Of a stretch of DNA of 64,000 bases, positions 36,889 through 46,530 are shown one piece after another. Every line of letters starts with the position of its first letter. Within the stretch, counting starts at the first letter, position 1. The notes under the pieces were generated by a model, which was not told the origin of the DNA, did no database searches, and saw only the letters and a list, made by a program, of their open reading frames with translations. Origin of the DNA: Bryobacterales bacterium (GTDB lineage: Bacteria > Acidobacteriota > Terriglobia > Bryobacterales > Bryobacteraceae); assembly GCA_963842505.1 (NCBI GenBank), contig CAWJGZ010000001.1, forward strand, positions 2,025,919 through 2,089,918. Reading direction: 5' to 3'. Position numbers and translations under genes: made by a program.

Positions 36889-37793
36889 TCGAAGTCAAGA
36901 ATCTCACCCATCGCTATGGTGACCGCGTCGCGCTTTCGAACGTCAGCTTGGAAGTGAAAAAAGGCGAAATTTTCGGCCTGCTCGGGCCGAACGGCGGCGG
37001 CAAATCCACTCTTTTCCGCATTCTTTCCACCATGATGGCGCCGGCCTCCGGCTCCGCCGTCATCGCCGGCCACGACGTCGAACGCGACCCTGCGGCCGTG
37101 CGCCGATCGGTGGGCGTGGTCTTCCAGACGCAAAGCCTGGATAAAGCCCTCACCGTGGAGGAAAACCTCCGCGCCCAGGGCCACCTGCACGGATTGAGCG
37201 GCGCCGATCTGCGTCAGCGCATCGAGAGCGCCATGGAGCGCCTCGGCCTGGCCGATCGCCGCAAGGACCTGGTCGAGACTCTTTCCGGCGGATTGCGCCG
37301 CCGCGTCGAAATCGCCAAAGCTCTGCTCCATCGTCCCCAGGTGTTGCTGATGGACGAAGCCTCCACCGGTCTTGACCCCGCCGCGCGCCGCGACCTTTCC
37401 CGCCACGTGGAAAGTCTGCGCGCGAGCGATGGCGTCACCATCCTGCTCACCACCCACATTCTCGAAGAAGCCGGCCGCTGCGACCGCCTCGTCCTCCTTC
37501 ACCAGGGCTCCATCGTCGCCCAAGGCACGCCCGCCGAACTTCGCGCGCACATCGGCGGCGACGTCGTGGTCCTCGAAGTGGCCGACACCCAATCCATGGC
37601 CACCGCCATCGAAACGCGCTTCCACGTTCATCCCAGCATCAGGGACGGCCAGCTCCGCGTCGAAATCAAAGACGGTCACCGCTTCATCACCGAAGTGATC
37701 GAAGCTTTTCCCGGCGCCATCGATTCCGTCGGTTTGCACAAGCCCACCCTCGAAGATGTCTTCATCCATGAAACCGGAGCCTCCATTGAGTAG
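36885..37793 (+). CDS. ABC transporter ATP-binding protein (ABC-2 type)
   Basis: 302 aa. The GTG start overlaps the ctaB stop (GTGA). Walker A is GPNGGGKST, the signature is LSGGLRRR and Walker B is LLMDEASTGLD. Confidence 0.9.
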   Translation: MIEVKNLTHRYGDRVALSNVSLEVKKGEIFGLLGPNGGGKSTLFRILSTMMAPASGSAVIAGHDVERDPAAVRRSVGVVFQTQSLDKALTVEENLRAQGHLHGLSGADLRQRIESAMERLGLADRRKDLVETLSGGLRRRVEIAKALLHRPQVLLMDEASTGLDPAARRDLSRHVESLRASDGVTILLTTHILEEAGRCDRLVLLHQGSIVAQGTPAELRAHIGGDVVVLEVADTQSMATAIETRFHVHPSIRDGQLRVEIKDGHRFITEVIEAFPGAIDSVGLHKPTLEDVFIHETGASIE

Positions 37794-38526
37794 CTTCTTC
37801 CTTCCCGCCGCTACTCTCTGGCAGCGCGAACTGGTCCGCTTTTGGCGCCAAAAAAGCCGCGTGCTCGGCGTAGTTGCGTCGCCCCTGGTCTTCTGGCTCT
37901 TGATCGGCTACGGTTCGAACGACCTCGGGCGCTTCTACTCCGGCGCGCTGGTCCTCACCGTGATGTTCTCCGCCATCTTTTCCACCATCTCCATCATCGA
38001 GGATCGCCGCGAAGGTTTCCTTCTTTCCATGCTGGTCTCGCCGGCTCCGCGCACCAGCATGGTGCTCGGCAAGATCCTCGGCTCCGCCACCCTGGCCTGG
38101 CTTCAGGGCCTCATCTTTCTGGCCTTCGCGCCGCTAGCCGGCGTCTCCATTCATCCCATCGATCTCATCCCCATCGCCGCGGGCATTTTTCTGATTTCCT
38201 TCACTCTCACTGGCCTGGGCTTCGTCATCGCCTGGAAAATGGAGTCTACCGCTGGCTTCCACGCCATCATGAACCTGCTGTTAGTGCCCATGTGGATGGT
38301 TTCCGGTTCGCTTTTCCCCATGGCCACCGCGCACGGCCTCATCCGCGCCATCATGTGGGTGAACCCGCTGACCTATTCGATTACCCTGTTGAACGGCCTG
38401 CTGGGCCTGCCCAACGCCTATCCCGGCGCCTTCGTGAGCACCATTGTCACCGCCGCATTCGGCCTGGTGCTGCTGTTGATTTCCGGCTTCATCGCCGCGC
38501 AGAAATCCACCAGGAGCGCCGCATGA
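37756..38526 (+). CDS. ABC-2 type transporter permease
   Basis: 256 aa with six predicted TM segments. Contains WQRELVRFWRQKSR, typical of the ABC-2 permease N-terminus. It overlaps the ATPase gene by 38 nt; an alternative ATG lies at 37768. Confidence 0.8.
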   Translation: MSSSMKPEPPLSSFFLPAATLWQRELVRFWRQKSRVLGVVASPLVFWLLIGYGSNDLGRFYSGALVLTVMFSAIFSTISIIEDRREGFLLSMLVSPAPRTSMVLGKILGSATLAWLQGLIFLAFAPLAGVSIHPIDLIPIAAGIFLISFTLTGLGFVIAWKMESTAGFHAIMNLLLVPMWMVSGSLFPMATAHGLIRAIMWVNPLTYSITLLNGLLGLPNAYPGAFVSTIVTAAFGLVLLLISGFIAAQKSTRSAA

Positions 38527-39077
38527 AGCCCTTTCTCTTCGCCGCCTCGCTCCTGGTGCTGGCATCCTGCATCAAGCCCGGGCCGCTTCCCGTAATGGGC
38601 GACATTCCGCCGTTCCAGCTTGTTTCGCAGACCGGCCAGCCCTTCGACAGCCAAACTCTCGATGGCCATGTCTGGGTGGCCGATTTCATCTACACAACCT
38701 GTCCTGGTCCTTGCCCCATGATGAGCGCCCAGATGCGCCAGCTTCAGAACTCCACCACCGAAACCCCAGACGTCCTGCTGGTTTCCATGACGGTCGACCC
38801 CGATCACGACACGCCGCCGATCCTCGCCGACTACGCGAGCCACTTCAAACAGGATCCTTCGCGCTGGTTCTTCCTCACCGGCGACATGGCCAAGCTCAAC
38901 GATCTCGGTGTCCACGCCTTCAAGTTGAATAGCGTCGATGGCAGTCTCACCCACAGCACGCGCTTCGTCCTGGTGGATCGCCGGCGGCGCATTCGCGGTT
39001 TTTACACCTACGGCGAAGACGCCTTCATGCGCAACCTGCTGCACGATGTGCGACAACTGGAGCAGGAACGCCCTTGA
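38523..39077 (+). CDS. SCO1/SenC-family copper chaperone (thioredoxin-like lipoprotein)
   Basis: 184 aa from the ATG at 38523, with an ATGA overlap on the permease stop. Lipobox LVLASC. Contains FIYTTCPGPCP (CxxxC) and the downstream THSTRFVLVD (conserved His). This is the C-terminal part of track ORF 37842..39077. Confidence 0.85.
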   Translation: MKPFLFAASLLVLASCIKPGPLPVMGDIPPFQLVSQTGQPFDSQTLDGHVWVADFIYTTCPGPCPMMSAQMRQLQNSTTETPDVLLVSMTVDPDHDTPPILADYASHFKQDPSRWFFLTGDMAKLNDLGVHAFKLNSVDGSLTHSTRFVLVDRRRRIRGFYTYGEDAFMRNLLHDVRQLEQERP

Positions 39078-39487
39078 CCACTGCCGTGCTGCCTACCATC
39101 AACGCCGGTCTCAACGCCACCGCCGCCGTGCTCCTGGTCTGTGGTTACACGCTGATCCGCCGCAAGCAAATTGCGCGGCACCGCCGCGTGATGATCACGG
39201 CCTTCATCACCTCCTGCCTTTTCCTGGTTTGCTACATTGTTTATCACCTGCAAGTAGGATCGGTCCATTTTCCAAAAACTGGAGTGATTCGCGCGATTTA
39301 TTTTTCCATCCTGGGTACTCACACCATTCTGGCCGCTACGGTTCCCGTTCTGGCAATCATCACCCTCCGCCGCGGCCTGGCCGCGCGTTATGACAAGCAC
39401 CGGCGCATCGCCCGCTGGACACTGCCTATCTGGCTGTATGTCAGCGTTACCGGCGTGGTGGTGTATGTGATGCTATACCACCTGTAG
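39074..39487 (+). CDS. DUF420 membrane protein (CtaM-like, oxidase-associated)
   Basis: 137 aa. The TTG start overlaps the SCO stop. Four TM helices with LPTINAGLNATAAVLLVCGY..IRRK....HR..M, characteristic of DUF420. Confidence 0.75.
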   Translation: MTTAVLPTINAGLNATAAVLLVCGYTLIRRKQIARHRRVMITAFITSCLFLVCYIVYHLQVGSVHFPKTGVIRAIYFSILGTHTILAATVPVLAIITLRRGLAARYDKHRRIARWTLPIWLYVSVTGVVVYVMLYHL

Positions 39488-39509
39488 GCGCGGGTCCAAA
39501 AAATCGGTT

Positions 39510-39529
39510 GGCAGGCGGAAGCGCCTGCC
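39510..39529. terminator. hairpin GGCAGGCG-GAAG-CGCCTGCC between convergent genes
   Basis: Perfect 8-bp stem lying between the DUF420 stop (39487) and the stop of the minus-strand gene (39546). Confidence 0.5.
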
Positions 39530-39545
39530 CCACAAGAGCGCGCAG

Positions 39546-41096
39546 CTATTGCACCGCCAGCTTCACCGGCTTCAAATCCACGCGCGTCGTCTCACCCGCC
39601 CGCACCGTCACCTTGGTGGCTTGCGGCAGCAGCGTCGCAAGCGCAAAGGGGGCCTCCGAGCCGGGCCCGATAGCCAGCGCATAGTAATCACCTGGCCGCA
39701 CTGCCTGGATTGTGAAATGTCCCAGAGCGTCGCAGCGGTCGCGCTTCGGCAAAGCCCTCCAGAGATACTCCTGGACCGGGATCACTTCAACCAATCCACC
39801 CTTGCAGTCCTCCACATTTCCCGAAACCGTGCCACCACCCGCGCGATAAACAATCTCCGCCTGATCGCTCCCCGAACCCAGATACACCGGCCCCGCCATC
39901 CCATCCTGGCCACTTACGCGGACGGACGCCAGATAGTAAGGCGGCTCAGGTTCCGAAGCGAGCAGCGTGTAAGTGCCCGGGTCAACGGCAGGAAGGGTGA
40001 AGGTATCGCCTTCCACCGTGACGCTAAGCATGGACATCGTCCCCGGGGCAGCCCTGCCGGTCAGGAAAATCGCAGTGCGGGTCTTGCTGTCCGGTGGCCG
40101 CGGCGGATCGTACGAGAACTTCCCGTGGATCTTGAATGGCGCCGTCAGCCGCAATTCAACCTCGGTCACGTCATTCCCCGAGACCAGCACCTCGCTCTCC
40201 GCGTGCAGGGTAGTTTCTTCATCTGTCGCCTGCGCGCTCACTCGATAAGTCCCGTCGGTGGCGGCAAGCCCGAATTTTCCGTCTTCGTCCGTGGTTATGC
40301 CCGGCAGATTCGTTTGCCGGCCCAAGCCCCTCGAAAGCGACACGCCGGCTGCCTGGACCGGTTTCCCATCCGCGCCCAACACCACTCCGCTCACACGCCA
40401 TACCGGCACAGCCAGCAGCTTGATTTCGAGGCCGGTCACCTCACCGCCCGGAGGCACCAGGATTCTGCCGGCGCTGTCCGCATGTACGATGCCGGGGTAA
40501 TAAGTGACCGCCCAAGCCTGCTTCTTTCCATCCACCGGTTCCGGCGGATCCCACTCATCGGGCGCATAAGCCATCAACGTGTATGTTCCGCTGCCAAGGT
40601 TCTCTATGGCGAACTCGCCATTCTCGCCGGCGACTTGCTGCGCCGCGAAGGCCGAACTGCCTGAGAGTTCCAGTTTGGCGTCCGCCACCGGGCGTCCCTT
40701 GCCGTCCAGAACGCGTCCGGTCACCCGGCCCAGGGGCGCAGTCCTAAGCTGCAGCTCCAGCGGATCGCCCGCTCTCACTTCCACTGAAGTGCCGCCGTTC
40801 GAAAAGCCTTCCCGGAACCAGGTAACGTTGTACTTACCGTCTTTCACGCCCTCGATTCGAAAGTTGCCGGAGACATCCGTCAGAGCCTCGTATGGCTCTT
40901 GCTGCGCCTCCGACACTTGCTGCGCTTCGGTTGGCAGGCCGGTTCCGCGGTTCGGCTGCATCGCCCTTTGCAGGCGCACTTGCACTTCGCTCACGCCGAT
41001 TCTGGTTACCGAGTTGGAAACCGAACCCTCCACCACCTGCGCACCCAGGATTCCCGCGCCGGCCAGCAACAGATAGGCAAACCTCATGGCACTCAT
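39546..41096 (-). CDS. secreted protein with multiple carboxypeptidase-regulatory-like (CarboxypepD_reg) domains
   Basis: 516 aa with a signal peptide. Recurrent patterns are G.V.D..G.PV..A.V.L plus G.F.I..L..G.Y.L. Confidence 0.65.
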   Translation of the reverse strand: MSAMRFAYLLLAGAGILGAQVVEGSVSNSVTRIGVSEVQVRLQRAMQPNRGTGLPTEAQQVSEAQQEPYEALTDVSGNFRIEGVKDGKYNVTWFREGFSNGGTSVEVRAGDPLELQLRTAPLGRVTGRVLDGKGRPVADAKLELSGSSAFAAQQVAGENGEFAIENLGSGTYTLMAYAPDEWDPPEPVDGKKQAWAVTYYPGIVHADSAGRILVPPGGEVTGLEIKLLAVPVWRVSGVVLGADGKPVQAAGVSLSRGLGRQTNLPGITTDEDGKFGLAATDGTYRVSAQATDEETTLHAESEVLVSGNDVTEVELRLTAPFKIHGKFSYDPPRPPDSKTRTAIFLTGRAAPGTMSMLSVTVEGDTFTLPAVDPGTYTLLASEPEPPYYLASVRVSGQDGMAGPVYLGSGSDQAEIVYRAGGGTVSGNVEDCKGGLVEVIPVQEYLWRALPKRDRCDALGHFTIQAVRPGDYYALAIGPGSEAPFALATLLPQATKVTVRAGETTRVDLKPVKLAVQ

Positions 41097-41185
41097 TATT
41101 CACGGCCCCGCGCCCCGAGGCAAGGCCCGGCCCTCGGTCTTATAATTAACCTTCTGCTTATATCTCAAATCGAAGGAGTTCGCGC

Positions 41186-42439
41186 ATGATCCGCAAGCTG
41201 CTACCTGTCCTTATGCTCGCGACGCTCGCCGGCATTCCCCTGTCCGCGCAACCCGCCAGCAACGACCATTGGGTCGCCACCTGGGCTACCTCGCCGCCTT
41301 TGGCGCGCGTGCAGCCTCTGCCGGCCGCACCCGCCAACCCCAATCCGCAGCAGACTATCAACCAACGCGGCTTCGCCGATCAGACCGTCCGCATGATGGT
41401 CCGCGCCAGCATCGGCGGCTATCGACTGCGCGTGAAGTTCGCCAACGCTTTCGGCGCCGAGACGGTCGAAATCGGCGCCGCCCACATCGCCATTCGAGAC
41501 AAGGATTCCCAAATCGTCGCCGGTTCGGATCGCCCGCTGCTCTTCAATGGCAAGCCCAAATGCGCTCTCGGCCCCGGTGTGGCCCTCGTGAGCGACCCGG
41601 TCGATCTCACCTTCGCGCCCCTCGCCACGCTCGCCATCAGCCTCTATTTCCCCGTTGAAACCGGCCCGCCCAATACCCATTCCACCGGCTTGCACACCAC
41701 CTACGTATCGAAGGGTGACGCGACCGCCAAGCCCGCCATCGCCGATCCGCTCCTCACTACCGCCTCCTACTATTGGCTCTCTTCCATCGACGTGCTGGCG
41801 CCCGCCAAAGCCGCCGCCATCGTGGCGTTTGGCGATTCCATCACCGATGGCGCTCAATCCACGGTCAACACCGATCACAGTTGGCCCGCGCTGCTGGCCG
41901 CACGCCTCGCCAAGAACCCCAAGACCGCGGCCATCGGTGTCTCCAACCAGGGCATCGGCGGCAACCGCGTGCTGCGCGACATCACCGGCGTCAGCGCCCT
42001 CGGCCGTTTCGACCGCGACGTGCTCGGCCAATCCGGCGTCAAGTGGCTCATGCTGCTCGAAGGCATCAACGATATCGGTCACGGCGCCGTCGACCCCAAG
42101 GAAACCGTCACCGCCGATGACATCATCGGCGGCTACAAGCAGTTGATCGACGAGGCCCACACTCACGGCATCAAAGTGATTGGCTGTACTCTCACGCCTT
42201 ACGAAGGCGCCAACTACGCGCGTCCCGAGGGCGAAGCCGTGCGCGAGGCAGTCAATAACTGGATCCGCACCAGCCGCGCTTTCGACGCGGTGGTGGATTT
42301 CGAAGCCGCCACGCGCGACCCCGCCAATCCCAAGCGCATCCGCGCGGAATTCGACCCCGGCGACCACCTGCACCCCAATAACGCCGGCTATGAGGCGATG
42401 GCCAACGCCGTCGATCTTACCATCTTCACCCGCAAGTAG
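41186..42439 (+). CDS. SGNH/GDSL-family hydrolase
   Basis: 417 aa with a signal peptide. Block I is AFGDSITDG, block II NQGIGGN, block III LEGINDIG and block V GDHLHPN. Confidence 0.85.
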   Translation: MIRKLLPVLMLATLAGIPLSAQPASNDHWVATWATSPPLARVQPLPAAPANPNPQQTINQRGFADQTVRMMVRASIGGYRLRVKFANAFGAETVEIGAAHIAIRDKDSQIVAGSDRPLLFNGKPKCALGPGVALVSDPVDLTFAPLATLAISLYFPVETGPPNTHSTGLHTTYVSKGDATAKPAIADPLLTTASYYWLSSIDVLAPAKAAAIVAFGDSITDGAQSTVNTDHSWPALLAARLAKNPKTAAIGVSNQGIGGNRVLRDITGVSALGRFDRDVLGQSGVKWLMLLEGINDIGHGAVDPKETVTADDIIGGYKQLIDEAHTHGIKVIGCTLTPYEGANYARPEGEAVREAVNNWIRTSRAFDAVVDFEAATRDPANPKRIRAEFDPGDHLHPNNAGYEAMANAVDLTIFTRK

Positions 42440-42494
42440 CCGCGTTGCGCCTGGCCGGGCTTCGCGGGAGGCCGTGTGCCCGGGGATACGCCTT

Positions 42495-43181
42495 TCAGCG
42501 CTCTGCCCAAAACAGGAAAGCCGTCAGCGCCGCGACCCCTCCAATCAGTCCGGCCAGGAACATGATGGCCCGCGGGTTTCCGAAGTTCAAGGTATAGCCG
42601 AACCCCTCGCGCTTGGCCACGAAAATCGCCGGGTCGCGCGGGTTGTTATAAATGCCGCCCCAGTTCCAGCACTCCGCGGGCGTTTCGTCCGGTTGGCCGG
42701 CGGGTTCGGCATTCTTCCGGTAGATGTAAATCAGCAATCCGATCGCGACCATCGGCGCCAGCACCACCGCCGGCCACATCGGGATTTCCACCAGCGGCGC
42801 GAGTCCTACCTCCGTAAAGATGAAACTGACCAGATACATCACCGTGAAAAACACGCCTATCATCGGCGCTCGCCTGGCCGTCTTACGAGTGCCATAGTAG
42901 GTTGTCAGCGCCACCACCAGCATCAGCACCGCTAACCCGGCGCCGAAAATCAGCGGCCCCATCACGTGGAGCGGCGTGCGCGTCACCCAGCCGTCCGGCC
43001 GGTATCCACGGCCATGGTGAACCACGAACCGCGCCGGAATCGCGTCCCAATGCGCGCACAGCCAGGCCATCGCCGCCAATGGCGCGGCCAGCGGCGGCAG
43101 CGCCCACAGGAACCAGACCGGTAGTCCTTCGTCCTCCCGCGGTTCGTCCACCCCGGAAGTCCGCGCCGAATTCGCACTCAT
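42495..43181 (-). CDS. DUF1648/DUF5808-type membrane protein
   Basis: Start chosen at MSANSART. Contains WDAIPARFVVHHG (DUF1648-like) and GFGYTLNFGNP (DUF5808-like), plus several TM helices. Confidence 0.55.
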   Translation of the reverse strand: MSANSARTSGVDEPREDEGLPVWFLWALPPLAAPLAAMAWLCAHWDAIPARFVVHHGRGYRPDGWVTRTPLHVMGPLIFGAGLAVLMLVVALTTYYGTRKTARRAPMIGVFFTVMYLVSFIFTEVGLAPLVEIPMWPAVVLAPMVAIGLLIYIYRKNAEPAGQPDETPAECWNWGGIYNNPRDPAIFVAKREGFGYTLNFGNPRAIMFLAGLIGGVAALTAFLFWAER

Positions 43182-43235
43182 TGCCACATTATCCTGCACT
43201 CTTACGCTCCTGTCAGCGTCATTTCTCAAGAAACT

Positions 43236-44759
43236 ATGCGAATTTGCCTGCTACTCGCCTTCGCGGCCGCCCTGCACGGCGCCGTCATCCGTGGTAGCGT
43301 AGTGGAGAACCAGACCGGGCATTTCCTGGCGCGCGCCGTCGTCGGCCTGGAACCCGTGGCCGGCAGCGCCGGCCCCCACCTTTCGGTCCGCACCAACTCC
43401 AGCGGCTTTTTCGAATTCGCCAACCTCCCGGCGGGAACCTACCTGGTCACTGCCGCCCGCCATACCTTCGCGCCAGTCGAGTACGGCCAGAAACACTGGC
43501 GCGCCTCCGGCGTCCCCATCGTCATCGCGGAGAACGATTCCACCATCCTCAATATCCGGCTGCCGCGTCTCGGCTCCATCACCGGAACTTTGTTGGACGA
43601 AAACGATGTTGGCCTTCCCGATCACGAGGTCGCCATCTACACCGATTCGCGCCCTCCCATGCTGCTCACCAGAGCCCGCACCGACGACCGCGGCATGTAC
43701 CGCTTCTTCGCCCTCGACCCCGGCGCCTACCTCATCCGCACCATGAGCAAGAGCGATGAAGAAGGCTCCTATCTGCCCACTTTCTACAAGGACGTCGCCC
43801 TGCTCGATCAGGCCATTGCCATTGACGTCACCCTTGACCAGCAGGTCGACAACGTCAATATCCGCCCCGCGCCAGGGCGTCTCTACACGGTCGCCGGCCG
43901 CGCCATCTCCCCCAACCGCGACCCGGTCACCGTCAATCTCGTCTCCGACATGGGAAGCGAACTCGCCGACGTGGATTCCGCCGGCAATTTCCACTTCAAC
44001 CCCGCCGCCCCGGGACAATATGAATTGCAGGCGGTATCCGCCAACGGCCGCTTCAATACCGCTACCTACCAATCCCTCAGCCTGGATCGCGACCAACCCA
44101 ACCTCTCCCTCGGGCTGGCGATGTACCCGACCATCCAATTTGCCTTCGAGGATACCCACGGTGCGCCCATCGACGGGCGCCAGTTTCAGGTGCTCTTCCG
44201 CCACAAGGACCTTGCCGGAGTTGGCAAGCCCGAAACGATGCGCGGCGTTCCCGAGACTGTGCGCGGCGTTCCCGCCCGCACCGGCATCCTGCCCGGCCGC
44301 TATGATGTCGCGCTCGGCCCGACACCTGCCTGGTACGTGGTGAGTGTCTCAGGCCCGCGGCCTGAGGGCCTCGACCCGGGCCGCGCCGATGGATGGAACG
44401 AAATCATCCTCCCGCCCAACACTTCGAACACCATCAAGTTCGTGCTGTCTTCATCTCCCGGCACGCTGCATGGCGTGGTGCGCGATACCGGCGGCGCGCC
44501 GGTCGTGGGCATACCGGTCTTCCTCGAAGCCTACGACCTTGAGCGCCGCAAGCGTGTGAAAGATTTCCAGATTTTCCGCACCGATATCAACGGCCAGTAC
44601 CATTTCACCGGCCTCGCGCCCGGCGCGTATCGGCTGCTCGCCACCTTTGATTACCGTACTCCCGACGCCCAAGTCATGGAACTCCCCGTCGTCAAGACGG
44701 CCAGGGCGGATGAGGGCCGCGACGTGATCCAGGATCTGGAGCAATACGTCGTCCACTAA
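43236..44759 (+). CDS. secreted protein with multiple carboxypeptidase-regulatory-like domains
   Basis: 507 aa with a signal peptide. Contains IRGSVVENQTGHFLARAVV..., TNSSGFFEFANLPAGTYLV and similar repeats. Confidence 0.65.
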   Translation: MRICLLLAFAAALHGAVIRGSVVENQTGHFLARAVVGLEPVAGSAGPHLSVRTNSSGFFEFANLPAGTYLVTAARHTFAPVEYGQKHWRASGVPIVIAENDSTILNIRLPRLGSITGTLLDENDVGLPDHEVAIYTDSRPPMLLTRARTDDRGMYRFFALDPGAYLIRTMSKSDEEGSYLPTFYKDVALLDQAIAIDVTLDQQVDNVNIRPAPGRLYTVAGRAISPNRDPVTVNLVSDMGSELADVDSAGNFHFNPAAPGQYELQAVSANGRFNTATYQSLSLDRDQPNLSLGLAMYPTIQFAFEDTHGAPIDGRQFQVLFRHKDLAGVGKPETMRGVPETVRGVPARTGILPGRYDVALGPTPAWYVVSVSGPRPEGLDPGRADGWNEIILPPNTSNTIKFVLSSSPGTLHGVVRDTGGAPVVGIPVFLEAYDLERRKRVKDFQIFRTDINGQYHFTGLAPGAYRLLATFDYRTPDAQVMELPVVKTARADEGRDVIQDLEQYVVH

Positions 44760-45286
44760 GCAGGCGACCTCAGGATAGCTTCGGCCGCGGTGATATGGGC
44801 AGCGCCAAAGTGTCCGGAAATGGGACTAGGTTCGTTTCGCACGGCGAGGCCGCGCCTAAAAACATGATGAAAAGAAACGAGTTCGGCTTGCGCGGAGCGA
44901 AGATTGGGGGGAGTTTTTCGAGAGTTGACGTGATTGGCCTCGATTCTGATGGAGTGACGACATAGTGATCCTTGAACGTGTTCGGAAATGAAAAAGGGAT
45001 AGGTCGCGAAGGCCCCATCCCGGTTTCAGGGTAACAGACCGGGAGTCGGAGTTCGGGTTGAGAAGAGCGGAAGTGACTGAGAAATAACGCTAAAATGTTC
45101 AGGTTTTATTTGAACCGTGAGGGTAATCTTGGCCGAACTTCCACGAGCCGGCGTTTCGGTCAAATGTGCGAGAGCCGCAATTCCGAGCAGACCTAAGCAA
45201 CGGAAAAATCGCGCAGTTCAGTGGAGTGAACCCCAAAATTGAGACAGCGTAAAAAGTGACACTCTGAATTGAATGGAGGGAGTGTC

Positions 45287-45688
45287 ATGGCAAAGAGGAA
45301 GAAAGGCGGCGGTGGCAAGCATGTGGTCCATCCCCCCGAGTTCAAACTCCAGGCAGTAGAACGGATGGAGGCGGGAGAGTGCGTATCGGCGCTGAGCCGG
45401 GAACTGGGAGTGCGCCGAAAGCTGTTCTACGAGTGGCGAGAGAGGTTTCGCCAACGGGGGATACCGGCACTGGAACGCCGGCCTGGCCGGGAACGCTTGG
45501 GCGTCGAGGAACGCCAACGCCGGGTGCGCGAAAACGCGGCGCGGCAGATTGCCGAGCTGGAACGCAAGGTGGGGCGGCAAGCGCTGCTGATTGATTTTTT
45601 GCAGCGAGCCTTCAAGCGTGTAGAGGGTTTGCGCCAGAACAACAACAAGCTTGGCGCGAAGGCATCTACCGGGAGATCCGACGCATGA
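45287..45688 (+). CDS. IS3-family transposase OrfA (HTH)
   Basis: I prefer the ATG at 45287, with GGAGGGAG upstream (MAKRKKGGGGKHVVHPPEFKLQAVERMEAGECVSALSRELGVRRKLFYEWRERF). The C-terminal part looks like a leucine zipper. Confidence 0.85.
   Translation: MAKRKKGGGGKHVVHPPEFKLQAVERMEAGECVSALSRELGVRRKLFYEWRERFRQRGIPALERRPGRERLGVEERQRRVRENAARQIAELERKVGRQALLIDFLQRAFKRVEGLRQNNNKLGAKASTGRSDA
45595..45601 (+). promoter_or_regulatory. candidate -1 programmed ribosomal frameshift heptamer T_TTT_TTG
   Basis: In orfA phase the codons read gaT TTT TTG. The -1 frame is open from here (FFAASLQACRGFAPEQQQAWREGIYREIRRMMPLEG...) into orfB. Confidence 0.55.
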
Positions 45689-46530
45689 TGCCGCTTGAAG
45701 GCGATGGCAGCATTGCCGCGTTGTGCGCGGCGGGCCAGGTGAGCCGGGCCGGGTTCTATCGTGAGTTCGGTGCTCACAGTCCCCGCCAAGCCGAGACCGA
45801 ACTGCGGGACCGGATCCAGCGCGTGGCCTTGGCTCACCGCTGCTACGGGTACCGGAGAGTCACGGCGGAGTTGCACCGCCAGGGGTTCGTAGTCAACCAC
45901 AAATGCGTGGCGGGATGGCTTCGCGAAGACAATCTACTCAGCGTGCGTCACAAGAAATTTGTGCTGACGACGGAATCGCGGCACGGCTTCGTGCGGTACC
46001 CCAACTTGGCCGGCCGCCTGGCGCTCACGGGTATCAACCAACTCTGGGTTGCCGACATCACTTATATCCGGCTCAGTGAGGAGTTCGTCTATCTGGCGGT
46101 TGTGCTCGACGCCTACTCACGGCGAGTGGTGGGTTGGGAGTTAGGGCCCACGTTACAGGCCAGTCTCCCCTTGCAGGCGCTCGACCGGGCGTTGGCCGAC
46201 CGGGCGATCGAACCCGGGATCGTCCACCACTCCGATCAAGGGGTGCAGTACTGCTGTCCGGACTACGTTGGCAGATTACTGGATCACGGGTTCGTGATCA
46301 GTATGAGCCGCGCTGGCACGCCCTACGACAACGCCAAGGCGGAATCCTTTATGAAGACCCTAAAATCCGAAGAGGTCTACCTCCATCAGTACCGCGACCA
46401 GGACGAAGCGCGCGTCTCCATGCGGCGCTTCATTGAGGAGGTCTACAACCGAAAACGGCTGCACTCCGCACTGGGCTACAGGCCGCCGGAGGAGTTCGAA
46501 GCCGCCGCGGGGACCGGAGGCCCACAATGA
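45685..46530 (+). CDS. IS3-family transposase OrfB (rve integrase core), probably expressed as an OrfAB fusion
   Basis: 281 aa in the -1 frame relative to orfA. DDE core: WVADITYIRL, LAVVLDAYSRRVVGW, VHHSDQGVQY, AGTPYDNAKAESFMKTLKSEEV and RLHSALGYRPPEEFE. Confidence 0.9.
   Translation: MMPLEGDGSIAALCAAGQVSRAGFYREFGAHSPRQAETELRDRIQRVALAHRCYGYRRVTAELHRQGFVVNHKCVAGWLREDNLLSVRHKKFVLTTESRHGFVRYPNLAGRLALTGINQLWVADITYIRLSEEFVYLAVVLDAYSRRVVGWELGPTLQASLPLQALDRALADRAIEPGIVHHSDQGVQYCCPDYVGRLLDHGFVISMSRAGTPYDNAKAESFMKTLKSEEVYLHQYRDQDEARVSMRRFIEEVYNRKRLHSALGYRPPEEFEAAAGTGGPQ

Noticed and set aside
37842-39077. 411-aa plus-strand ORF
   Set aside because: Only its last 184 codons (from the ATG at 38523) form the SCO-family protein. 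The upstream part overlaps the ABC-2 permease in another frame and is Arg/Pro/His-rich.
44770-45018. 82-aa minus-strand ORF in the AT-richer stretch left of the IS3 copy
   Set aside because: It has no start context or motifs and no support beyond being open. It is possibly a decayed remnant, but I cannot support a call.
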